A stretch of DNA of 63,907 nt, filler included, from Candidatus Woesearchaeota archaeon (GTDB taxonomy: Archaea > Nanobdellota > Nanobdellia > Woesearchaeales > DATGWN01), in assembly GCA_047603125.1 (NCBI GenBank). It is 6 parts of 6 records of this genome, joined end to end, with 100 filler letters (N's around TTAATTAATTAA, not from the genome) between each part and the next. Parts side by side here need not be neighbours in the genome. Positions count along the whole stretch, not along the records: positions 33,615 to 44,501 come from JBLKOU010000038.1; positions 44,602 to 55,442 come from JBLKOU010000039.1; 4 more parts are not named here. The stretch is one strand, 5' to 3'. The notes below the pieces were generated by a model. It was not told the DNA's origin, searched no databases, and saw only the letters and a list, made by a program, of their open reading frames with translations. The stretch's first letter is position 1; each line of letters begins with the position of its first letter. This document shows positions 40,134 to 48,774 of the stretch, piece by piece. Made by a program: the position numbers and the translations under genes.

Positions 40134-40835
40134 ATGACAAAATCAATGGCTGGTTTTATATCAGCGCTTGTAGTATTGTTTTCTCCAATACTTCTCATTT
40201 TTCTTCTTATCCCCATAGGCTTGCTTTCTAATGTATTACTTCTACCGATAGCGAGTTTAGCTGGTATTTTCATATTAATTGTATTTATTTATTCGATTGT
40301 GAGCTGTATTCGAGGCATAAGCCAAAAAGATAAGCATCGTGGTTTTGCAGTTGCAGGGCTTTTGATTAACGCAATATTGCTCTTTTTTATTTTACCCGTT
40401 ATTGCTCTTGTTACTGTTGGAGTCACGAGTGCAGTACCGCCAATAGGTGCAAGCGAGGCACCCTCAGCCAACCATATGTTCTGGGCTACTTCACAAATTG
40501 CCATATCGCACGCAGAATTTGGTGATGGTGTGCAAGATTCACTTCAAATTCGAAATAATAGGCCAACAACAATTATTATAACAGGAGTCTATCTGGATGA
40601 CAATCTTATTTCGGATGGAACGTGGACGGACCGAACACTCAATCCAGGTACTCCTTGGACATTTCGACAAACTTCAAGCGGTAATCAAGACTTTATTTTA
40701 GCAAATATGTTTTCTTGCCCGACTGGCTCCTCATATGCTGTTGCTGTTCGAATAGAATATACTGATCCGACAACGGGCAATTCCCATCAATTTCCACCGC
40801 AAGGCATGACGACATTTGATGGAACATGTCGTTAA
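40134..40835 (+). CDS. Membrane protein with C-terminal pilin-like beta domain
   Basis: Three N-terminal TM helices; 'LQIRNN..TIIITGV' beta domain with a C-terminal Cys pair. Confidence 0.6.
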   Translation: MTKSMAGFISALVVLFSPILLIFLLIPIGLLSNVLLLPIASLAGIFILIVFIYSIVSCIRGISQKDKHRGFAVAGLLINAILLFFILPVIALVTVGVTSAVPPIGASEAPSANHMFWATSQIAISHAEFGDGVQDSLQIRNNRPTTIIITGVYLDDNLISDGTWTDRTLNPGTPWTFRQTSSGNQDFILANMFSCPTGSSYAVAVRIEYTDPTTGNSHQFPPQGMTTFDGTCR

Positions 40836-40889
40836 TTTTTTTTTTTTTGAAACGAAAGGTTTAAATTTCTTCTTCCATTCCCTTTTTTA

Positions 40890-41492
40890 ATGAAACCACC
40901 AATTCGTATGCGTATTGACCAATGGTTGTATCGTGAAACACCCGTCGAATGGTTTGCACCAACGCGCACAATATATGATCCCTTAGATTCACAATTTCGT
41001 GCATCAGTTGCATTTCTACGAGATTTTTCTCTTCAACTTGAACCTCGATATATGATGTGGACGCCATCGGTGAATTTAGATAGATCGTGTACATCTGTCT
41101 TTCTTCAAAAGTCTCAAGGTTCTGAATTATTAGACAGAATAAAATCCTTGGGGTTAGAAAATGAAACACAATATTTTGTTAGTGATGATTATGATGTGCG
41201 AGGTGGGACACGCTCTTTTCGAGTAAATGATAATCCTGGCGCAGTACATTTTTTTACGGGAGTTCGCACAAAAAAACAGCCCGATAGTGGTGAGCCTTTT
41301 GCAGCAAATTTTTATCGCCATACCTCTTTTGGTCGTATGACTTTTTTTCATCAATATGTTGAAAAAGAAGCAACCAAAGCAATAAAGCACACAAGGCATA
41401 TTAATTTAGCACCCTATGTGAGAAATGGCCTGCCTCGTCAAATTGAACCGGCAGATACAAAGAAAACAGTTACATTAGAACAATTACGGTAA
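40890..41492 (+). CDS. Hypothetical protein
   Basis: 200-aa ORF with upstream TATA-like box. Confidence 0.6.
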   Translation: MKPPIRMRIDQWLYRETPVEWFAPTRTIYDPLDSQFRASVAFLRDFSLQLEPRYMMWTPSVNLDRSCTSVFLQKSQGSELLDRIKSLGLENETQYFVSDDYDVRGGTRSFRVNDNPGAVHFFTGVRTKKQPDSGEPFAANFYRHTSFGRMTFFHQYVEKEATKAIKHTRHINLAPYVRNGLPRQIEPADTKKTVTLEQLR

Positions 41493-41552
41493 GACATTTG
41501 CATATTGTTCAAGTGCAGCAATTTCAAACCTATGCGCAAAGTATTAGTCAAA

Positions 41553-42056
41553 TTAGGGAGTAAGAACTCTTTCTCTGAGTGTGCCATATAATGGCCATTC
41601 GGATTTATTTGCTCTTCTCTCATTCTCGGCTCTTTCTTCCCTATAACGATCCCAATCAAACTCTGATTCTCTAAGAATGTCTAAATTATGTGCAAATATT
41701 CTGAAAAGATCACGTTGTGGTGCAAAAACAATGTTATATGTACGCGTTCGTGAGAATTGATTATTCCGATTTGACACAAAATACCATAGTTTTGCAAATT
41801 GGCCATCATTTTTTGTCAAAAGCACACCATCAAGTCCGCAGTTTCTTCGAATATCTGCAATATCAATGACTTTTGGACGAAGGCCGTATTCTTGAGCATG
41901 TATTGCAAGTTCTGGAACAAATGTAGGCGGCTCGTCACATCGAATGAGTCCAAAACCAGTTGGGCGTTCATAGGCATGTGTATTCAAAAAATCTATTACA
42001 TGAGCATCATATGACCGTTGTTGAGCTTTTCTGGTACTTTCTAAGTAGAGTTTCAT
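41553..42056 (-). CDS. Hypothetical protein
   Basis: 167-aa ORF. Confidence 0.6.
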   Translation of the reverse strand: MKLYLESTRKAQQRSYDAHVIDFLNTHAYERPTGFGLIRCDEPPTFVPELAIHAQEYGLRPKVIDIADIRRNCGLDGVLLTKNDGQFAKLWYFVSNRNNQFSRTRTYNIVFAPQRDLFRIFAHNLDILRESEFDWDRYREERAENERRANKSEWPLYGTLRERVLTP

Positions 42057-42102
42057 GTATTACTTTAGATGTTTTATCCTTATATTTTTTTCGTAAAATG
42101 AC

Positions 42103-42210
42103 TAATCGATAATAAAAAATTATAATACCTTGGCGCTGAATCAGAATTTCGCGAAGCTTGGCACCGGAGAAATTCGCAAGATGAACCGCTGTTCAAAAAT
42201 CGCCGCATTA
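42103..42210 (+). mobile_element. Degenerate MITE family A, short variant
   Basis: CCTTGGC..AATCAGAATTT..GCACC..CAAGATGAACC shared with 69-134; boundaries approximate. Confidence 0.5.
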
Positions 42211-42284
42211 TAATTTACATAAGAACCTTTTTTCCATTAACTTTATTAATAAAAAAGAGAAAAATTACCTGAGAGGTTATACAA

Positions 42285-43256
42285 ATGGCAAAAATAGCAT
42301 TTTTTGATGTTCATGATTGGGAAAAACCCTATCTAAAAAAACAACTAGCAAAGCACCAATGTCTCTTTTTTAATGAGAGCTTGACAAGTAAACATATATC
42401 TAAAATTAAGGATGTCGACGCATTATCATTATTTGTCCATTCCCATGTTGAAAATTCTCTTCTAGAAAAATTGCCAAATGTGAAAATCATTGCACTTCGC
42501 GCCACAGGTTTTGATAATGTGGATTTGCAGTACTGTGCAAAACGAGGCATTGCAGTTTGTAATGTACCCTTTTATGGGGCAAATACCGTTGCAGAATACA
42601 CATTTGCGCTCTTACTTGCAATTTCACGAAAGATGACACAAACAATTATCAATTCAGCAAAACAAGATTACACACAAGTTACTGGTTTTGATTTACAGGG
42701 AAAAACAATTGGTATAATTGGTGGCGGTCATATTGGTCAGCACGCAATTCGTATAGCAAAAGGCTTTGGTATGAATGTTCTCGTATACGATGTTATACAA
42801 AATGAATTCAATGCAACAACGCTTGGATATACCTATGTGTCATTGCCACAACTTCTCAAACAATCCGATGTTATTTCTTTGCATGCGCCTTATAATAAAT
42901 ATACGCATCACATTATTAACAAGAAAAACATTTCTTCTGTTAAAAAAGGAGCGGTGCTTCTCAATACATCCCGTGGAGGGTTAGTGGATTCGGATGCGCT
43001 CTTAAGTGCATTAAATAAGGGTCGTATTTCATTTGCAGGATTAGACGTACTAGAGGATGAAAATTCGCTATTAAAAGGAGAAAACGTTTCAGCCTCAGTG
43101 AAAGCAAGAAATAAGAAATTGGCAACGCATAAACGAGTCTTATTTACTCCACACAATGCATTCAATACACAAGAAGCACTTGTTCGTATATTAGATGTTT
43201 CTGTTGAGAATTTACAAAAAGGATTGGCTGGAAAAATACAAAACAAAGTCAATTAA
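42285..43256 (+). CDS. ldhA: D-isomer 2-hydroxyacid (D-lactate) dehydrogenase
   Basis: RATGFDNVD, GGGHIG, NTSRG, LDVLE, TPHNAF. Confidence 0.88.
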   Translation: MAKIAFFDVHDWEKPYLKKQLAKHQCLFFNESLTSKHISKIKDVDALSLFVHSHVENSLLEKLPNVKIIALRATGFDNVDLQYCAKRGIAVCNVPFYGANTVAEYTFALLLAISRKMTQTIINSAKQDYTQVTGFDLQGKTIGIIGGGHIGQHAIRIAKGFGMNVLVYDVIQNEFNATTLGYTYVSLPQLLKQSDVISLHAPYNKYTHHIINKKNISSVKKGAVLLNTSRGGLVDSDALLSALNKGRISFAGLDVLEDENSLLKGENVSASVKARNKKLATHKRVLFTPHNAFNTQEALVRILDVSVENLQKGLAGKIQNKVN

Positions 43257-43270
43257 TTTTTTTTTTTCAA

Positions 43271-43639
43271 ATGACACAAGGTGTAGAAAAAGAGCGTGGT
43301 ATCTTACTTACAGGTTGGTTGGTAATAACTTAAATTGGTACTATTGTTGCTAACCTTGCTTATCTTTTGGTAGGTCCACAGACATTATTAGAATATTCCG
43401 ATATTCCTGTCTGGATTTTTCATGTTTCAACGTTTGTGAATTTTGCAAATTTTATTTTTATTATTTTCATCTTTTTTTGGAAAAAATGGGCATTATATGG
43501 ATATGTTGGTTTATCAATTCTGATGTTTTCTCTCAACATTGCGCTCCAAACTGTACCTTTTTCTACAGCGTTTATGGGACTTCTCGGGCCTCTGATCCTT
43601 GTTTTACTTTCTTTGCCTAAATGGGAATATTTTGAGTGA
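43271..43639 (+). pseudogene. Membrane-protein gene with in-frame TAA at 43331
   Basis: MTQGVEKERGILLTGWLVIT*IGTIVANLAYLL continues in frame into the 43367 ORF. Confidence 0.65.
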
Positions 43640-43647
43640 GGATTTTT

Positions 43648-44406
43648 TTAATCTAATGGATTTTTGATATTTTTCAAATTATGCTTTGCAACTCTCGTAT
43701 AAATTTGTGTTGTTTCAAGTCTTGCATGACCCAATAATGTTTGAATGTATCGCAAGTCAGTCCCATTTTCCAATAAATGTGTTGCAAAAGAATGTCGAAG
43801 CACATGTGGTGTGACTTTTTGTAGTATGTTTGCTCGTTTTGCTACTGTTGTTACCACTGATTGAACTGATTTTTTAGAATATTTTCCATTTTTTCCTCTC
43901 AAAACATATCCTTTTCCTTGCTTGTCCATTCTCTCAAGCACTCTTTGTGAAATAATTGTGATACGATCTTTATTTCCTTTTCCTTGTTTGACGAGTATGG
44001 TTTTATTTTCAAAATCAATATGTTCAAATTTGAGGTTAACCAATTCTTGCAATCGCAATCCGGATGAATAGAGTAATTCCACAATTATTCTGTGCTTTTC
44101 GTTTGTTGTACTATTAATCATAGCTGAGATTTGGTTTTTTGTTAAAATTATAGGAATTTTGGATTGTTTTTTTGGAATTGATACGCACGTTGATTTTTGG
44201 TTTAAGATTTTCTTTTCATAGAATGTGATTGCGGCTGAAATTAAACGTATTGTTTGAGGGGATTTGTTTTGATTTGTTAAGTATACTAAGTAATCACGCT
44301 TGTTTTTCTTTGAATTGAGAAATTTCTCAATATGGTACATATAGGCATTTTGCGTCTTAAGAGAAAAACCTCGAAGTTTCATTTCTTCAACGAGTTTTTG
44401 TAACAT
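43648..44406 (-). CDS. Tyrosine recombinase, XerA/integron-integrase-like
   Basis: LRGFS.KT..AY N-terminus, GLRLQE, GKGNKDR, HVLRHSFATHLLE.G.DLR.IQ.LLGH..TTQIY; no IntI-specific insertion visible. Confidence 0.93.
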   Translation of the reverse strand: MLQKLVEEMKLRGFSLKTQNAYMYHIEKFLNSKKNKRDYLVYLTNQNKSPQTIRLISAAITFYEKKILNQKSTCVSIPKKQSKIPIILTKNQISAMINSTTNEKHRIIVELLYSSGLRLQELVNLKFEHIDFENKTILVKQGKGNKDRITIISQRVLERMDKQGKGYVLRGKNGKYSKKSVQSVVTTVAKRANILQKVTPHVLRHSFATHLLENGTDLRYIQTLLGHARLETTQIYTRVAKHNLKNIKNPLD

Positions 44407-44449
44407 AACAAGTATGGTGAGCGACTTTTTTATATAAATAACTGCCTCA

Positions 44450-44501
44450 AATCCGAAAACTTTCCGGATTAAGTCTAAAAAAGTAGATTTAATACTTGTT
44501 A
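44450..44501. promoter_or_regulatory. Candidate recombinase binding/att site
   Basis: IR 44450-44470; IR ATTAAGTCTA-N6-TAGATTTAAT 44468-44493; TAA-TACTTG-TTA ending at the contig end. Confidence 0.55.
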
Positions 44502-44601
44502 NNNNNNNNNNNNNNNNNNNNNNNNNNNNNNNNNNNNNNNNNNNNTTAATTAATTAANNNNNNNNNNNNNNNNNNNNNNNNNNNNNNNNNNNNNNNNNNN
44601 N
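44502..44601. other. Artificial contig linker
   Basis: N44-TTAATTAATTAA-N44. Confidence 0.98.
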
Positions 44602-44607
44602 CCTTAA

Positions 44608-44662
44608 GGGCTAGGGCTGTATCCCACTGCTAAAAGCAGCAGCTAAAGCTGGGAATTAGCCC
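44608..44662. repeat. Branched palindrome, REP or IS200/IS605-end-like
   Basis: GGGCTA/TAGCCC encloses CTGCT-AAA-AGCAG and CAGC-TAAA-GCTG; at a contig start. Confidence 0.45.
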
Positions 44663-44768
44663 AAATTTTATTCATTAACTTATCCATACAGAATTTTTAT
44701 GAAATCGCCTTTATAAATTTCATGATATTTATGTGCTATTTTAGAGTAGAAACAAAACGCGTGTGAAA

Positions 44769-44849
44769 CGCCGCAACCCGGATTTGAACCGGGATACCCG
44801 AAGGTCACGCTTTCCAGGCGTGTGCAATACCAGATTATGCGATTGCGGC
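44769..44849 (-). tRNA. tRNA-Ser(GGA)
   Basis: GCCGCAA..TTGCGGC acceptor stem; CACGC-CTGGAAA-GCGTG; variable arm ACC-TTCG-GGT. Confidence 0.93.
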
Positions 44850-45061
44850 AGTAAATATTGTTTGTGATAACGCCATGAGCGTTAGCGAATGGTAGTAAAT
44901 GTTCAATCCTTTTTGAAGGTTGTGTGATAACGCCATGAGCGTTAGCGAATGGTAGTAAATGTTCAATCCTTTTTGAAGGTTGTGTGATAACACCATGAGC
45001 GTTAGCGAATGGTAGTAAATGTTCAATCCTTTTTGAAGGTTGTGTGATAACACCATGAGCG
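44850..45061. repeat. 60-bp tandem repeat, about 3.5 copies
   Basis: Unit TTGTGTGATAACRCCATGAGCGTTAGCGAATGGTAGTAAATGTTCAATCCTTTTTGAAGG. Confidence 0.95.
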
Positions 45062-45121
45062 AATCAACCATTCAAAAACAACTAAAAGTCGAAACTAAAA
45101 AGTTATTTAAAAAGTATTCGG

Positions 45122-45859
45122 TCAGAAACGATGCCCGCAATTCTTACAAAAATGCGCATCATTTTCATTTGCGCAATTACATGTTGGACAAACAAGTATG
45201 CGTTTTTTTCCATGGGAACGCCATAATTCAACAGTAATCACTCCTGTTGGAACGGCAATTACCGAATATCCAACAAACATTAAAACAAATGCTAAAAGCC
45301 GACCAAGAACGGTCGTAGGAACGATATCTCCATACCCCACAGTTGCCATAGTCACCATCGCCCAATACACACCCTCAGGAATATTTTCAACAGTGGGTTC
45401 AATCACATAAAAAATTCCACCAAATAGAATTGTAGTCACAAACACGCCCGCCATAAAAATCAAAATACGCGGAATACTTTGCTCAAAGGCATGTAGAAAT
45501 TGCTTTGTCTCTTCAAAAAATCGAAAAGCCTTAACAATACGCAGCAACTTGATTAAACGCAACAAACGAATAAATACTCCCGTTTGTGCGCCAGGAATAA
45601 AAAGCGCTAAATACGTAGGGAGAATTGCAAGAAAATCAATTATACCATACCAACTCAAAACATAAGAACGCTTTTGTCTTGCCATTGATATGCGAACCAC
45701 ATACTCCACAGTAAAAATTAATGTCAAAAACCACTCAATGCCAAAAAACAAACCCCAATACGTCGTAAAAAGAGAATCAACAGTCATCAGCGATGCAACA
45801 AGCACACTTACAAGAATACAGACTATTAAAAACACATCGACAACAAACTGTTTGCGCAT
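45122..45859 (-). CDS. Voltage-gated-type potassium channel
   Basis: S4 helix RLLRLIKLLR, filter TVGYGD, C-terminal CxxC..CxxC. Confidence 0.9.
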   Translation of the reverse strand: MRKQFVVDVFLIVCILVSVLVASLMTVDSLFTTYWGLFFGIEWFLTLIFTVEYVVRISMARQKRSYVLSWYGIIDFLAILPTYLALFIPGAQTGVFIRLLRLIKLLRIVKAFRFFEETKQFLHAFEQSIPRILIFMAGVFVTTILFGGIFYVIEPTVENIPEGVYWAMVTMATVGYGDIVPTTVLGRLLAFVLMFVGYSVIAVPTGVITVELWRSHGKKRILVCPTCNCANENDAHFCKNCGHRF

Positions 45860-45897
45860 AAAGTATTTATGAGAAGAATGGTTTTTAAATGTTTACT

Positions 45898-46380
45898 TTA
45901 TAAAAGAGATTCCTTGTGCTCTTTAAGATTAACACGAGAAAAATGATTTTCAATCACTCGTTCAAGCAATTTTTCTCCAAATAGACCTGCGAAATTTTGC
46001 TGTTCTTGCACTTGCGAACTTCCAAACAAACAAACATCCAGACCCGGGCAAATTGCAGGATAACGCCCACTTTGCAGTTGAAACTCCCCCCTTCTATAAA
46101 AAAGAATGGACTCACCATCAACCTGTAATGCTGAACCCAATAAATATGCTCCTTTGCGTTTTCGGGAAACTAGCACAGGCACACAATCGATTGAATGCTC
46201 TTGTAAAAAATCAAACGCTACCAACAACCGCTCATAACAAACCTTATTGTAGAACACCCTTTCTTGCTTAATAATTTCGAGTGCACGATTTAAGGAGACG
46301 TCTTCTCGTTTTTCAAAAATTGAATAGTCGGTAATCCGTTCTTGAAGCGCAGGTAAATACTGCGCAATTGTTTGGGACAT
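45898..46380 (-). CDS. Hypothetical protein
   Basis: 160-aa ORF with upstream TATA-like box. Confidence 0.6.
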   Translation of the reverse strand: MSQTIAQYLPALQERITDYSIFEKREDVSLNRALEIIKQERVFYNKVCYERLLVAFDFLQEHSIDCVPVLVSRKRKGAYLLGSALQVDGESILFYRRGEFQLQSGRYPAICPGLDVCLFGSSQVQEQQNFAGLFGEKLLERVIENHFSRVNLKEHKESLL

Positions 46381-46425
46381 ACACGCAGCTCAACCGCTCG
46401 TATTTAAAAATTTCACTCAGAATGA

Positions 46426-46616
46426 GGCTCAACATCCAAAAAAGAAAAGAGCACCTTGCAGCCAGATCAGAAAATTCGGCGATTGTTTGAAAGCTTCTTT
46501 CAAACTTGAGGATGATAATCCGAAAAGATGCAGCCAAATTTTCGCATGATACTCAAAGTGAGACTCTTGAGTCAAATCTGCGTGCTCTTTTTGAAAAACA
46601 ATTAGTGAATAAAGCC
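46426..46616 (-). mobile_element. MITE family B, 191 bp, 9-bp TSD TCAGAATGA
   Basis: Ends GGCT..AGCC; TCAGAATGA at 46417-46425 and 46617-46625; homologous to 31965-32158. Confidence 0.8.
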
Positions 46617-46632
46617 TCAGAATGAACAAAAA

Positions 46633-46705
46633 CGCCTTCAGAGGGACTTGAACCCACGACCCCGCGGTTAACAGCCGCGTGCTCTACCTGCTGAGCTATG
46701 AAGGC
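46633..46705 (-). tRNA. tRNA-Asn(GTT)
   Basis: GCCTTCA..TGAAGGC acceptor stem; CGCGG-CTGTTAA-CCGCG. Confidence 0.95.
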
Positions 46706-46751
46706 ATTAGCAAAAAACAACGCCGACTTATTTATAAATTTTTTCTAATTG

Positions 46752-46885
46752 TAGTCGACGACATTAATTTCGCATAACTCGGCGATTTCACGACAGTTGT
46801 CAAGTTTGCAAAATCAGAGCTGCATGAATCGCTCTGATTTTTGATTTTACGCCAAGGAGTTATGCTTTTCTTTTGCCGCTAACTA
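46752..46885 (-). mobile_element. MITE family A, 134 bp, 3-bp TSD TTG
   Basis: Reverse complement near-identical to 10293-10426; TTG on both flanks. Confidence 0.8.
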
Positions 46886-46978
46886 TTGAATCAACCAAAG
46901 AAAACAGCAAAATTTGTCGATGCAGACTGGCTAAAAAACAACAACCTTTTTAAATAGAACGCGCTGCCCTCAATTATA

Positions 46979-47338
46979 GTGGCAAAAGTCATATTGGATA
47001 CAAACTTTTTGGTTGTACCTTTTACACACGCATTCTCACTGGATGTGGAAATGCAGCGGATTATACCCGAAACAATCGAGTATATGGTACTTGATGCGAG
47101 TCTTCGTGAAGCGCAATCACTCCAACAAGAAAAACTGATTCAAACCTTTATTAAACACAAAAATATTACTGTCATTCAAACAAATAAAACATATGCGGAT
47201 AAAGCAATTCTTGCCTACTGCAAGAAAAATCCAGACGTATATGTGGCAACTCAGGATGCGAAATTGCGAGCATCGCTCAAACAACTTGGCATTCGAGTGA
47301 TATTTGTTCGATCAAAAACACATTTGGAAGTGGAATAA
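46979..47338 (+). CDS. PIN-domain protein (Fcf1/Utp24-like)
   Basis: VILDTNFL, ADKAI, VATQD; usual position before rpoE'. Confidence 0.85.
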   Translation: MAKVILDTNFLVVPFTHAFSLDVEMQRIIPETIEYMVLDASLREAQSLQQEKLIQTFIKHKNITVIQTNKTYADKAILAYCKKNPDVYVATQDAKLRASLKQLGIRVIFVRSKTHLEVE

Positions 47339-47339
47339 T

Positions 47340-47891
47340 ATGTTTTACAAAACAAAACTCAAAGATACGGCACGCGTCCCTCCTCATCTCTTTGATAAGG
47401 ATATGAAACAAGCAATTACTGTCCAACTTAAGGATAAATACGAATCTTTTATTTCAAAAGAGATTGGTATTGTTATTGATGTCATACAAGTACATTCTTT
47501 TTCAGAAGGTATCATCATTCCTGGAGACGGAGCTGCATATTATGAAGTTGAGTTTGATGTGCTCGTATTCAAAATCGACCTACAAGAAGTTCTTGTTGGA
47601 AAAATTAATGAAATTACTGACTTTGGAGCATTCATGGGTCTAGGTCCAATTGAAGGTATGATTCATATTTCACAAACAATGGATGATTTTGTCAGCTTTT
47701 CAAAGGACAAATCATTACAAGGAAAAGAAAGCAACCGATCACTAAAAAGTTCCGATCGATGTCGAACTCGCGTAATCGCAGTGAGTTATAAAGACATTAC
47801 AAGTCCAAAATTCGGTTTAACTATGCGCCAACCAGGCCTTGGAAAAATTGAATGGGTCCAAGAGCAATACGAAAAGAAAAAAGCAAAATAG
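47340..47891 (+). CDS. rpoE1: RNA polymerase subunit E' (Rpo7)
   Basis: IIPGDGAAY, FGAF..GP.EG.IHISQ, GLTMRQPGLGK. Confidence 0.95.
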   Translation: MFYKTKLKDTARVPPHLFDKDMKQAITVQLKDKYESFISKEIGIVIDVIQVHSFSEGIIIPGDGAAYYEVEFDVLVFKIDLQEVLVGKINEITDFGAFMGLGPIEGMIHISQTMDDFVSFSKDKSLQGKESNRSLKSSDRCRTRVIAVSYKDITSPKFGLTMRQPGLGKIEWVQEQYEKKKAK

Positions 47892-47900
47892 GAATCAAAA

Positions 47901-48089
47901 ATGGCAAAAAAACAAGCAGGAAAATTAACAAAAGTTCTTACCACTGATGACACAAGTCCTCTCGATCCAAAAGAGCCGCTCACAAGCAGCTGGTTTGGAA
48001 GAATCATGATCTTTAATGCAAATACATCCGAGATAGCAAAAAAACTCGGAATTAAAAAACAAGGAGAATACGCAATTAAGGTGAGATAA
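47901..48089 (+). CDS. spt4: Spt4 (RpoE''), Cys-free
   Basis: W.G....SEIAKKLGI...GEYAIKVR; synteny after rpoE'. Confidence 0.88.
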   Translation: MAKKQAGKLTKVLTTDDTSPLDPKEPLTSSWFGRIMIFNANTSEIAKKLGIKKQGEYAIKVR

Positions 48090-48091
48090 GT

Positions 48092-48391
48092 ATGAAAATT
48101 ACAATACAAGAACAAACAAAACAAAACGGTATCAATAGAACTGAAGTAAAAGCAACAATTACTGGCACAAAAACAACGCCATCACGAGAACAAGTTTCAC
48201 AAGCTTTACAAAAAGAACTTGCAGCAAAAAACGACACACTCATTATCAAAGAAGTAAAAACACATTTTGGTTCACCACAAATACTTGTTCATGCCTATGT
48301 TTATGAAAATAAAGACGACATTAAACGCTATGAAAAAGAATTTATGATTAAACGAAACACACCAAAAAAGACTGAGGAGGCTCAAGCATAA
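48092..48391 (+). CDS. rps24e: Ribosomal protein S24e
   Basis: RTEV, TPSR, THFG, AYVY; synteny. Confidence 0.88.
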   Translation: MKITIQEQTKQNGINRTEVKATITGTKTTPSREQVSQALQKELAAKNDTLIIKEVKTHFGSPQILVHAYVYENKDDIKRYEKEFMIKRNTPKKTEEAQA

Positions 48392-48552
48392 TGGCAAAAA
48401 AAGCATATTCCGTTTCCAATTGTTATGAAGTAAAAGATGGAAAGTTGACTCGAAAGAATCAAACATCCCCGAAAATGGGTTCCGGATACTTTATGGCAGA
48501 ACATAAAGACCGAAGAACATGTGGCGCTTCTGGCTACATGGAAAAGAAATAA
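48391..48552 (+). CDS. rps27ae: Ribosomal protein S27ae, not in ORF track
   Basis: Hand translation: MAKKAYSVSNCYEVKDGKLTRKNQTSPKMGSGYFMAEHKDRRTCGASGYMEKK. Confidence 0.9.
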   Translation: MAKKAYSVSNCYEVKDGKLTRKNQTSPKMGSGYFMAEHKDRRTCGASGYMEKK

Positions 48553-48774
48553 TTTTCTCTCTTTTTTTACTTTTATATTATTATGCCACAACCGAAATAC
48601 GTCTGGTAATTACTGACAGTTTCTATCTCAAATTCTCACAATATCTTAGTAAGAAAACTCTTTATTTACACGTATGTATCCCAACAGAGTGTTGCGACTC
48701 AAACAACTAATATGAAATAATACAAAAACTAATGAAAAAAACAAAAATATAGAACATGTAATCTACAAGAAAAC

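Noticed and set aside
44450..44849. Integrase adjacent to tRNA-Ser as a genomic-island att site
   Set aside because: They lie on different contigs separated by a linker.
44850..45061. CRISPR array, or the 78-aa repeat ORF 44835-45071
   Set aside because: Units are identical with no unique spacers and no cas genes are present; the ORF overlaps the tRNA and is a by-product of the 60-bp period.
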